Source of the DNA: an uncultured Thermoleophilia bacterium | Lineage (GTDB): Bacteria; Actinomycetota; Thermoleophilia; Miltoncostaeales; Miltoncostaeaceae | DNA: 64,000 nucleotides | Assembly: GCA_963765105.1 (NCBI GenBank) | Contig: CAVXUW010000001.1 | Span: 1,692-65,691 of the forward strand | Direction: 5' to 3' | Part shown: positions 19,760 to 28,184 of the stretch, piece after piece | Layout: the number at the start of each line of letters is the position of its first letter | Numbering within the stretch: position 1 is the stretch's first letter | Position numbers and translations under genes: made by a program | Notes under the pieces: model-generated | Seen by the model: only the letters and a program-made list of their open reading frames with translations | What the model was told of the DNA's origin: nothing | Databases searched by the model: none

Positions 19760-19980
19760 TAGCCGTCGCGGACCTCACGGAGGGCTGCCAAGACCGTCGC
19801 CGTTCTCAGTCCAGATCGTCCGCGAGCCGCAACGCGTTCTTCGATTTCGGCAATCGATGATCGACGTGCGATGACCTCGAGATCCCGCTTGAGAAAGTCC
19901 GAGAGCGACATGCCCTCCGCCGCTGCGCGCATCTTAAGCGTGCGGTGAAGCTCATCGGGGACGTTACGAATCTGAATCAT
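19759..19980 (-). CDS. vapB: Antitoxin (FitA/VapB-like ribbon-helix-helix)
   Basis: MIQIRNVPDELHRTLKMRAAAEGMSLSDFL is a typical RHH antitoxin N-terminus. Alternative starts lie at 19989 and 19998. Confidence 0.7.
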   Translation of the reverse strand: MIQIRNVPDELHRTLKMRAAAEGMSLSDFLKRDLEVIARRSSIAEIEERVAARGRSGLRTATVLAALREVRDG

Positions 19981-20033
19981 CGTTCCCATGTGCTCCACAT
20001 TATCGCATGTGGTTCACATGCGACAGGTGGGCC

Positions 20034-21668
20034 CTAACCGCGGCTGCGGCTGGGGCGCTCAGCGGGGCCGGTCCGCACCGGACGACCCAGCAGGCGCATC
20101 GCCTTGAGACCGAGGGAGAGTTTCTCTCGGTCGTCGCTCTTGCCGACGTCGAGCCCGCTGAGCTCGGCGATGCGGTCGAGGCGGTAGCGCACCGTGTGGC
20201 GGTGGGTGTAGAGCGTTCCGGCGGTGGCGGCGAGGTTGCCGTCCAACTCGAGGTAGGTGGCGAGGGTGCCGACGAGCTCCGTTTGGTACTGCTCGTCGTA
20301 GGCCACGAGCGGTGCAAGGGTTGACTCGAAAAACGATGAGAGCTCGTCGGGGCGATCGGCAAAGATCTGGAAGAGCAGCTTGTAGGTGCCCGTCTCCTCG
20401 AAGGTGACGACCTCACCCATGCGCCCAAGGCGCTCGCCGATCGACAGCGCCAGCTCGGCCTCGTCGAGCGCCGCGCCCAGCCGTTCGGGCTCGGAGGTGT
20501 GGCGCGACAACGCCAACGTCACCGCAAGCCCTGCCGCCGTCTCACGCGTCGCAGTGGAGAGCCGACGCGCCAGCCCGTGAGCGCGCTCGTCAACGCCGGG
20601 TCCCTCGTCCTCAAGGTCGGTGGGCGTCGGCAACAGCACCAGCAGCCGTCCGCCCGTCCAATCCACCAGTGCGCGAGGCCAGTGCAGGTCGAGCACCGCA
20701 CGCACCTGCGACAGAAAGCGTCGAGCAACGCGTTCATCGACGATGTCCGCACCCTGCGGCGTGCGCAGGGTTCCGATCATGGCCACCGCGCCGCTCGACA
20801 GGTCGGCACCCAACAGTCGGGCGCGACGGACAATGGAGTCGCGACTCACAACCTCGCCGGCGATGAGCTCCTCGATGAGCTCCCCCCGCAGGCGTGACTC
20901 GGTCTCAACCCGGGCCTCTTCTCGGGCGTGCTCCATTGCGCAGGCGTCAACGACTTCGGCGAGCACCGCACGGTCGACGGGACGTGGTGGGCGGGAGAAC
21001 CACACCACCACAGCTCCGACGGCATCGGTGGGGCCGGGAATGGGCTCAACGACCGCGTCCCCCACCCCCAAGTCCAAAAATGGCGTAAACACCCCGGTGG
21101 GGTCGGCCTCGCGCGCCTTTTCGAACGCACGGTCAAGTACCGCCTCTTGCTGGCCGTCCAGGTCGGTCCCCGCCAACAGATCGAGGTAGGGATCGACAAC
21201 CGCGACGGTGCAGCCCAGAAGCTCCCCGGCCAGACGCGCGAGCGCCGGGAATCCCTCTCCGGCAAGCAATGGCCCGCGAAGTGCCCGACGTGCGGACGTC
21301 GCCGCGGCGGATGTCCCGGAGCCAATCGCGCTCGCCAAGGCGGCGATCACCGGACCCCACGGTTCGTCCGCCCCGATAACGATAACCGGCACGTCGAGCT
21401 CAACGTCGGGCGCGCTGCGCGAAACCACGGCGACGCACCCGGCCGGCACCTCGGTGAGTCCGTCGGGCGCGATAACGACGGCGTCAGCCGACGCCGGGGC
21501 GAGGGGATCCCAGGGCACGAGGGCACGCACCGCAACATCGAGTGACGCGTCACGGGGGACAACGCGCGCCGACGTCACGGCGGGAAGGGCCATGAGGTCC
21601 GCCAACGTTGGGACACCCCCAACATGGGCAGCAGTCGTTTGCGCGCGGGTCGCCACTGCCTCAAGCAT
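20034..21668 (-). CDS. PucR-family transcriptional regulator
   Basis: C-terminus ..LATYLELDGNLAATAGTLYTHRHTVRYRLDRIAELSG is the PucR C-terminal HTH. The 776-aa ORF is over-extended into glnA. ATG at 21668 (MLEAVATRAQ) is the first start outside glnA. Confidence 0.8.
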   Translation of the reverse strand: MLEAVATRAQTTAAHVGGVPTLADLMALPAVTSARVVPRDASLDVAVRALVPWDPLAPASADAVVIAPDGLTEVPAGCVAVVSRSAPDVELDVPVIVIGADEPWGPVIAALASAIGSGTSAAATSARRALRGPLLAGEGFPALARLAGELLGCTVAVVDPYLDLLAGTDLDGQQEAVLDRAFEKAREADPTGVFTPFLDLGVGDAVVEPIPGPTDAVGAVVVWFSRPPRPVDRAVLAEVVDACAMEHAREEARVETESRLRGELIEELIAGEVVSRDSIVRRARLLGADLSSGAVAMIGTLRTPQGADIVDERVARRFLSQVRAVLDLHWPRALVDWTGGRLLVLLPTPTDLEDEGPGVDERAHGLARRLSTATRETAAGLAVTLALSRHTSEPERLGAALDEAELALSIGERLGRMGEVVTFEETGTYKLLFQIFADRPDELSSFFESTLAPLVAYDEQYQTELVGTLATYLELDGNLAATAGTLYTHRHTVRYRLDRIAELSGLDVGKSDDREKLSLGLKAMRLLGRPVRTGPAERPSRSRG

Positions 21669-21821
21669 GGGCACCCGCCGGCCCCGGGTCAAGGCGCAGT
21701 GGGCGGTTTTCGCCAAATGGCCAACCGAAAGGGGGTCGCTCTTTGCCCTGCGCACAGGAATAGTGACAACGGTTTCGCTGATAGCGTCGCGGGTCGTGAG
21801 CACACCCGGAAAGGACACCCC

Positions 21822-23144
21822 GTGACGCGGGACGAGGTCATCGCCCAAATCGACGAGCGGGGCGTGAAGTTCATCCGCCTCTGGTTCACCGATATCTTGG
21901 GCCAGCTGAAGAGTTTCGCCGTCACAAAAGATGACATCGCGGCGGGCCTGGACCACGGCATGGGGTTTGACGGGTCGTCCATCACCGGGTTCAACGCCAT
22001 CGAAGAATCCGACATGGTGGCGATGCCCGATCCCTCCACATTCGCCCTCCTTCCCTACCGCCCGCAAGAACACGCAGTCGCCCGCATGTTTTGCGACATC
22101 CAGGTTCCCGGCGGGGCGCCGTACGAGGGCGACCCACGCTACGTGCTTCGCCGTGCCATGGAACGGGCCCACGCGATGGGTTTTGACGACTTTCTCGTCG
22201 GCCCTGAGCTCGAGTTTTTCTACTTCCGCAGCCCCACCGGCACCGAGCCGCTCGACCGCGGCGGGTACTTCGACCTCACCACCCTCGACGCCGCCAGCGA
22301 CGTGCGTCGCGAGACGGTGTTGGCACTGGAGTCGATGGGCATTCCCATCGCATACTCCCACCACGAGGGCGGACCGTCACAACACGAGATCGACATGCGC
22401 TCGGCGGGCGCGCTCGCCATGGCCGACAACGTCATGACGTACCGGACGGTGGTCAAGGAGGTTGCCCACCAGCATGGGTACTACGCGACCTTCATGCCGA
22501 AACCGCTCGATGGCGAGAACGGCAGCGCGATGCACACCCACCAAAGCCTCTTGCGCGGCGGTGAGAACGCGTTCTTCGATGCCGAGGACAGCCTTCACCT
22601 CTCGTCGGTCGGCAAGAGCTTCATCGCCGGACAGTTGCGTCATGCGCGCGAGCTGTCGTGCGTCTTTGCGCAGTGGGTCAACTCGTACAAGCGGCTGGTC
22701 CCCGGCTACGAGGCGCCGGTATACATCGCGTGGAGCCGGCGCAACCGCAGCGCCCTCATCCGGGTGCCGGCCAACCCGCCAGGTAAAGAGGACTCAACTC
22801 GCGTCGAGATTCGCTGTCCCGACCCCGCGTGCAACCCGTACCTCACGTTCGCCGCGCTCCTTCACGCCGGTCTTGATGGCATCGAGCACGGCTACGACCT
22901 GCCCGAGCCGATGGACACCAACCTCTATGACCTGTCCCATGACGAGCGGCTTCGCCTCGGCATCGAGGCGCTGCCCGAGTCGCTTGGCGATGCCATCGAG
23001 CTGGGAGCCGAGAGCGAGCTTCTCCTCACGACCTTTGGCGAGCACATTCACAGCCGTTACGTCGAGATCAAGCGCCAGGAGTGGGAGGACTACCGCGTGC
23101 GCGTCACCCCGTACGAGTTGGAGCGCTACCTCCCCATCTTGTAG
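21822..23144 (+). CDS. glnA: Type I glutamine synthetase
   Basis: VKFIRLWFTDILGQLKSF.., PELEFF.., HHEGGPSQHEI.., MPKPL.GENGSAMHTHQSL, NSYKRLVPGYEAP. GTG at 21822 is preceded by GGAAAGGA. Confidence 0.9.
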   Translation: MTRDEVIAQIDERGVKFIRLWFTDILGQLKSFAVTKDDIAAGLDHGMGFDGSSITGFNAIEESDMVAMPDPSTFALLPYRPQEHAVARMFCDIQVPGGAPYEGDPRYVLRRAMERAHAMGFDDFLVGPELEFFYFRSPTGTEPLDRGGYFDLTTLDAASDVRRETVLALESMGIPIAYSHHEGGPSQHEIDMRSAGALAMADNVMTYRTVVKEVAHQHGYYATFMPKPLDGENGSAMHTHQSLLRGGENAFFDAEDSLHLSSVGKSFIAGQLRHARELSCVFAQWVNSYKRLVPGYEAPVYIAWSRRNRSALIRVPANPPGKEDSTRVEIRCPDPACNPYLTFAALLHAGLDGIEHGYDLPEPMDTNLYDLSHDERLRLGIEALPESLGDAIELGAESELLLTTFGEHIHSRYVEIKRQEWEDYRVRVTPYELERYLPIL

Positions 23145-23167
23145 CTCTCCTAGACTCCCCGGCGACG

Positions 23168-24025
23168 ATGCTTCTCCTTCCCGCGACATTCGGCCTCGAT
23201 CCGTGGCCGTCCAAGCTCGTTTTGATTGCGATCGTGCTCGGCACGGCCATCGTGGCGTTCGGCGCGCTGAGGTGGCTGGTGCCAAAGCTGGCCGGGCGGA
23301 TTCGACCCGGTCGCGACGTCGGCCGCTATCGCCAGCGCCAGACCGCCGCTGCGCTGCTGTCGACAGTGCTGCGCTACCTCGTTCTCATCGCCGCGATCGT
23401 CGCGATCGTCGTCATCATCACCGGCGGTGGCGGCGCCGGGGCGCTCGGTGGCAGCGCGTTCATCGCCATCGTGATCGGCTTCGCCAGCCAACGCCTCCTC
23501 GCCGACATGATCGCCGGCTTCTTCATCCTGTTCGAAGGCCAATACGGCGTGGGCGACTTCATCTCCCTCGAACCCTCGGGCTACACCGGGGTTGTGGAGG
23601 AGGTGGGCGTGCGCACCACCGTGCTGCGTGACGTGGACGGCGACCGGTGCTTCGTCCCGAACGGTCAGATCAGCGCCGTGCGACGGCTGCCGTCGGCCGT
23701 CTCCGTACTATCGGTAACGCTTCTGACCCGCGACCCCGAAACGGCCGAGGCGACGCTGGCCGATCTGCGCGATCTCACCTGGTCGGGGGGGCTGGTCGTC
23801 AACACCGTCGCCGGGGTGGCGCGGCGCGATGTCGGCGATGACATCAGCTCCGTCCACGCGCGCGTGAGCGTCCCCGTGGGGCTCGTGGAGGGTGCCCGGG
23901 AGATGATCGTCGCAATGCTGACGGGGCGCCTCGGTGCGGGTTTGCTTGCGGAACCGGTGGTGATGGGCGTTCATCCGCGTGAATCGGAGCGACCGGGATC
24001 CGCAACGGGCGCCGAGCCGCAGTGA
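23168..24025 (+). CDS. Mechanosensitive ion channel (MscS family)
   Basis: ..AIVIGFASQRLLADMIAGFFILFEGQYGVGDFI.. then a beta domain ..GVVEEVGVRTTVLRDVDGDRCFVPNGQI. Confidence 0.8.
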   Translation: MLLLPATFGLDPWPSKLVLIAIVLGTAIVAFGALRWLVPKLAGRIRPGRDVGRYRQRQTAAALLSTVLRYLVLIAAIVAIVVIITGGGGAGALGGSAFIAIVIGFASQRLLADMIAGFFILFEGQYGVGDFISLEPSGYTGVVEEVGVRTTVLRDVDGDRCFVPNGQISAVRRLPSAVSVLSVTLLTRDPETAEATLADLRDLTWSGGLVVNTVAGVARRDVGDDISSVHARVSVPVGLVEGAREMIVAMLTGRLGAGLLAEPVVMGVHPRESERPGSATGAEPQ

Positions 24026-24085
24026 GCCGACCGACCCGGGTGCGGACGCAACAACGCCAGGGGCTCACCCGTAGGCTGTGACGCG

Positions 24086-25243
24086 ATGAGCACCCCTCTT
24101 CGTGTGGCAATCGATTTGCGCAGCGTCGCCGACGGTGACCGCGGCGGCGTCGCCCGTTTTGCCATCGGCATCACCGAAGCGCTCGCCCGACGCCAATGGT
24201 TGACCGTGCTCCCTTTCGCCCCCACCGAGCTCACGACCGATCTGTCGGTCGACCTCCACCAGTTGGGCGGCGGCGGATCGTTTCGTCAGCAGCAACTGGC
24301 GCTTCCTCGCCTTCTGTCGAGCCTCAAAGCCGACGTGCTGCTGTCGCCGGCAAACCATGGGCTTCCGGTTACCGCGCCGTGCCCGATGGTGCTGGTGATT
24401 CACGACACCGTCGCGTGGGACGACCCCGAGGGCGTGGCATCGGTAACCGGCACACGTTTCTCTCGCTCGGTGTCGCTGAGCCGTGCCGCACGCATCGTGA
24501 CGCTCTCTGAGCATTCGCAGGGGGCCATCACCCGGCGGCTGGGCGTGGCCGCCTCGCGGATCCGGGTCGTCCCGGGCGGGGTTGACGAGCGTTTCTTCGC
24601 CCCCGTGGACGAGGAGACCATCGAACGCGCGCGCATCAACTACGGGGTTTCACGTGGCAGCGTTCTTCACGTGGGTGGACTCAAGGCGCGACGTAACCTT
24701 CCGACGCTGGTTCGTGCCATCGCAACCCTGCCCGCGGACATCGCTCCGCACCTGACGTTGGCGGGCTCCGGCCCCGAGGGCGAAGGGCTTGCGTCGATGG
24801 CCCGGCTTATCGGCTTGGGAGAGCGTTTCCACCTTGCCGGTTTTGTGGAGGATGCCGATCTGCCCGCGGTGTACCGCGCCGCGGCATGTGTGGTGTTGGC
24901 CGGCACCGAGGAGGGCTTTGGGCTCCCGGCCCTTGAGGCGATGGCAAGCGGCACCCCGGTGGTGGCCGCCCGTGCCGGCGCTCTGCCCGAAGTCACCGCC
25001 CGAGCCGCCCGACTCTTCCCCGCCGAAGATGTGACGGCCCTGGCAGGACACCTCCGCGATGTGTTGAGCTCACCCGATGAACAGAGCCGCATGGCCGCCC
25101 TCGGGCGCCAGCAGGCCGCCACGTACACATGGGAGCAGGCGAGCCGCGCCATGGAGACGGTTTTGCGCGAAGCATGTGAGCCGAGCAGCTCGCGACGCGC
25201 GCCCGGCTGGGCGATTACCGCCCTGCGGAACCTGTTTCGCTAG
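24086..25243 (+). CDS. Glycosyltransferase, GT4 (GT-B) family
   Basis: C-terminal half ..GGLKARRNL..L.LAG.G...........GFV.D.DL...Y..A...V....EGFGLP.LEAMA.G.PVV... is the E-x7-E type GT4 pattern. Confidence 0.8.
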   Translation: MSTPLRVAIDLRSVADGDRGGVARFAIGITEALARRQWLTVLPFAPTELTTDLSVDLHQLGGGGSFRQQQLALPRLLSSLKADVLLSPANHGLPVTAPCPMVLVIHDTVAWDDPEGVASVTGTRFSRSVSLSRAARIVTLSEHSQGAITRRLGVAASRIRVVPGGVDERFFAPVDEETIERARINYGVSRGSVLHVGGLKARRNLPTLVRAIATLPADIAPHLTLAGSGPEGEGLASMARLIGLGERFHLAGFVEDADLPAVYRAAACVVLAGTEEGFGLPALEAMASGTPVVAARAGALPEVTARAARLFPAEDVTALAGHLRDVLSSPDEQSRMAALGRQQAATYTWEQASRAMETVLREACEPSSSRRAPGWAITALRNLFR

Positions 25244-26408
25244 AACGCTCGCCCACGGCGGTAAAGAGTGCCTCCCAGCGGGCGACCGCGCGATCCCACG
25301 TGAGCTCGCCCACCCAGCGCGCGCCCGCGGCCCCAAGCGCCGCCGCGGCCTCGGAGTTCGTGGTGAGGGCACGAAGCTGCCGGGTGTAGTCGCGCCCATC
25401 GGCGTAGAGCAAACCCCCACCGGACCGTTCGCTTTGGCCGACGAGGACGGCGTTCCGAGCTGTGGCAAGGGTGGGGCGGCCCTGTTGCCACGCTTCCAGC
25501 AGCACGAGTGAGAGGCTCTCGTTCACCGACGGCATCACCAACGCCTCGGCGGCCGCGAGCACGTCGCTGCGCTCCTGATCGGTCACAAAACCCAGCGCGT
25601 GGACCCACGCCGGTACCGACACACCCTCAGGTCGTCGACCCACCAACACCAACTCCACGTCGCCACCGCCGTCACGGTAGCGGCGGTGATCCTCGAACAG
25701 TTCAGTGATGCCTTTGCCGGGATCGATGCGCCCCACGTAGACGACGAATCGTCTCGGGAGATCGAACCGACGACGGGCGCGGGCGCCATCCCCGAGTGGC
25801 CGGGGTGACACGCCCGTGCCGACGATCTGCTCGGGCCGGTCGTCGGTGTCATGGGTGTGGCGCACGAGCGTGCGTTCTTCCGGGGTGAGGTAGGCGAAAC
25901 CACCGGCAAGGGCGACCACTCCGCGGGTGACGGCGAAGCGGAACATCGGTTCGTTGTGGGCAGCGGGCACGAGCACTCCGCGCCCGGCGACAAGCGGCAT
26001 CGCCAGCTGCGTGGTTGCGTACAGGTAGGTCCAGAGCGCGACGCCCTCCACCCGGGGCGCCACCTGGGCCAGCCGGGCGAGGAGAGACCGGCTCACCGGC
26101 CCCTGCGCCTGCACCCACTGGGCCTCGCTCTCCCAGTCTCCCCACCCCAGGGCGATACGGTTGGCGCACCGGGCGGCGGCCACCGGGTCGCTCGGCGTGA
26201 AGTCAAACCGCTCCACCTGCACACCGTGGTCATCGCTCACTCCGGGGGAGAAGTAGGGCGTCCACGGCACGTAGTCACGCGAGGTGGTGGTCAGGACCCG
26301 AACGTCATGGCCGCGCTCCGCGAGAGCCCGGGCGGTGTCGCGGCACAATGCTTCTGCCCCGCCGGCAACCTCCTCGCCGTAGCGCTGGACCACGAACGCG
26401 AGCCTCAT
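25215..26408 (-). CDS. Glycosyltransferase, GT4 family
   Basis: MRLAFVVQRYGEEVAGGAE.. and ..YVGRIDPGKGI..LVGR......GFV.D.ER...L..A..LV.PS..ES.S.VLLEAW. Convergent 29-nt overlap with the previous GT. Confidence 0.8.
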   Translation of the reverse strand: MRLAFVVQRYGEEVAGGAEALCRDTARALAERGHDVRVLTTTSRDYVPWTPYFSPGVSDDHGVQVERFDFTPSDPVAAARCANRIALGWGDWESEAQWVQAQGPVSRSLLARLAQVAPRVEGVALWTYLYATTQLAMPLVAGRGVLVPAAHNEPMFRFAVTRGVVALAGGFAYLTPEERTLVRHTHDTDDRPEQIVGTGVSPRPLGDGARARRRFDLPRRFVVYVGRIDPGKGITELFEDHRRYRDGGGDVELVLVGRRPEGVSVPAWVHALGFVTDQERSDVLAAAEALVMPSVNESLSLVLLEAWQQGRPTLATARNAVLVGQSERSGGGLLYADGRDYTRQLRALTTNSEAAAALGAAGARWVGELTWDRAVARWEALFTAVGERSSETGSAGR

Positions 26409-26713
26409 TCGGCTCGGGTGCCCTCCGCTGCGGCCGGATCATCAATACGGCTCAGCCGCGCTTCAAGGTCGGCAACCCGTCCGTAGAGGTCGGCCCGGTC
26501 GGTCTCGAGCTGCCCGATGAGCTCCAGCAGTGAGGGTGCGATGATCTTCAGCAGTGTGCGTCGCACCCCGGTGACGAGCGGACCGATGGGGCGGGCCCGG
26601 TGGGAGGTGGTGGGCAGTGGCACCCGCAGGGGCGGGCGCGCAGGGGCGCCGGCGGCGTCACGCAGTTGGTCGAGCAGGTCGGACGGATCCGGAGCCGGCC
26701 GATCCGTGCTCAC
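26405..26713 (-). CDS. Small hypothetical protein with C-terminal coiled coil
   Basis: The GTG at 26713 overlaps the stop of the priming transferase (GTGA). The 3' end overlaps the GT4 start by 4 nt. ..LLELIGQLETDRADLYGRVADLEARLSRID. Confidence 0.4.
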   Translation of the reverse strand: MSTDRPAPDPSDLLDQLRDAAGAPARPPLRVPLPTTSHRARPIGPLVTGVRRTLLKIIAPSLLELIGQLETDRADLYGRVADLEARLSRIDDPAAAEGTRAE

Positions 26714-28182
26714 CACGCGCCTTTCTTTGCCAACACCGTCGGGATGGTGCGGGCGATGATCTCCAGGTCGAGCCACACGGACCACGACTCGATGTAGCTG
26801 AAGTCGAGTCGCACGAGTTCGTCGAAGCTGAGCTCAGACCGCCCGCTTACCTGCCAGAGGCCGGTCATGCCGGGAAGCACCAGATACCGCTTCTTGTGAA
26901 CGTCGTCGAGGAGGGCGTAGTCACGCTCGGGCAGTGGACGCGGCCCGACCAGCGACATCTCTCCACGAAACACGTTGATGAGTTGAGGAAGCTCGTCGAT
27001 GGACAGGCGGCGCAACAGGCGCCCCACCCGCGTTACGCGAGGGTCGTTCCGTACCTTGAAAAGCGCGCCGTCCGCCTCGTTGCGATCCTCGAGTTCCTTC
27101 TGCCGGGTGGGGGCATCAACCGCCATCGTCCGCAACTTGAAGCAGTCAAATGGCACCTCGTCGACCCCGACGCGGCGGCTGCGAAACAGCACCGGCCCGC
27201 CGTCCTCGAGCTTGATGGCGATCACGGCGATCAGGAGGATGGGAGATACCAGCAGTAGCACCAGCGAGCCGACCAGCAGGTCGAAGATGCGTTTGACGAG
27301 GAAGGCTCCGCCCGAGAGGACCGGCGGTTTGAGGTCGAACAGGGGGAGCCCCGGTGCGGGTACGGCGCGGAGGCTGTGCGACAAGAGCTCGGTCGCGGTG
27401 GGGGCAAAACGCACCGGGATCTCATGACTGCGACACTCGTCGAGCAGCGCCAAAATGGGCGCGTCGGCACCCATCGCGCCGGAGATGATGACCTCGTCGA
27501 CGCGTTGCCCATCGAGGGCGGCCACGAGCGCCGGAGAGATCGCGGCGTGGGGCGCGGCGGGGTCGACGAGCTCGTGTCGACCGACCACGCGATACGGGAT
27601 GCCGTGCTTCACACCGCTTCGCTGGAGGCTGCGGGCAACCTCATCGGTGACGGTGGGGGCCCCCACGAGCATCGCGCGGCGCTCCACATGCAGCAGCTCG
27701 AGCGCCATGGCGGTGAGGCTCGAATGGCTGGCACGAAGCGCAACGATTAGGACGCTGACGGCGAGAAACGACGCGTAGAAGACGTAGTAGGTGCGAAAAT
27801 CGTTGCCGGCCGCGATCACCAGCGCGGCGACGATGACCGTCACAACAGCCACCGACCCGATGATGCGGGCGGCCTGACCACGCCGTTCACGATCGTGGTA
27901 GAGGCGGGCTCGGGCGAAGACGAGCACGAGCACGACGCTGGCGATGGGAAGGACACGCTGTTCCTCAACCCAGATGGCGCCCCAGTCGACGGGGAGGCCG
28001 CGCAACACGAACTTGCCGGCCAGCGCCGCGAGAATTCCGACGAACAGCGCCACGAGGTCGATCACGACGAGGCCGACAACCGAGGCAACCCGTCGCGCCC
28101 ACTGCTTGGCGGCGTAGCGACCCACGATTGGTGAGAAGCGTGCGTCGCGGCGAACGTGCCGCCGGGTGGGAACGCTCCCCAC
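26710..28182 (-). CDS. Polyprenyl-phosphate glycosyl-1-phosphate transferase (WbaP-type priming enzyme)
   Basis: N-terminal TM bundle plus the Bac_transf core KRIFDL..SPILL..A..IKLEDGGPVLF...RVG.....F...KLRTM..DA......DPRVTRVGRLLRRLSIDELPQL.NV..GEMSLVGPRP. The start is uncertain (28182 GTG or 28257). Confidence 0.85.
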   Translation of the reverse strand: MGSVPTRRHVRRDARFSPIVGRYAAKQWARRVASVVGLVVIDLVALFVGILAALAGKFVLRGLPVDWGAIWVEEQRVLPIASVVLVLVFARARLYHDRERRGQAARIIGSVAVVTVIVAALVIAAGNDFRTYYVFYASFLAVSVLIVALRASHSSLTAMALELLHVERRAMLVGAPTVTDEVARSLQRSGVKHGIPYRVVGRHELVDPAAPHAAISPALVAALDGQRVDEVIISGAMGADAPILALLDECRSHEIPVRFAPTATELLSHSLRAVPAPGLPLFDLKPPVLSGGAFLVKRIFDLLVGSLVLLLVSPILLIAVIAIKLEDGGPVLFRSRRVGVDEVPFDCFKLRTMAVDAPTRQKELEDRNEADGALFKVRNDPRVTRVGRLLRRLSIDELPQLINVFRGEMSLVGPRPLPERDYALLDDVHKKRYLVLPGMTGLWQVSGRSELSFDELVRLDFSYIESWSVWLDLEIIARTIPTVLAKKGAW

Positions 28183-28184
28183 TC

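Noticed and set aside
20034-22364. 776-aa ORF suggesting a giant PucR protein
   Set aside because: The first ~230 codons overlap glnA on the opposite strand and have shadow-ORF composition. The PucR protein starts at ATG 21668.
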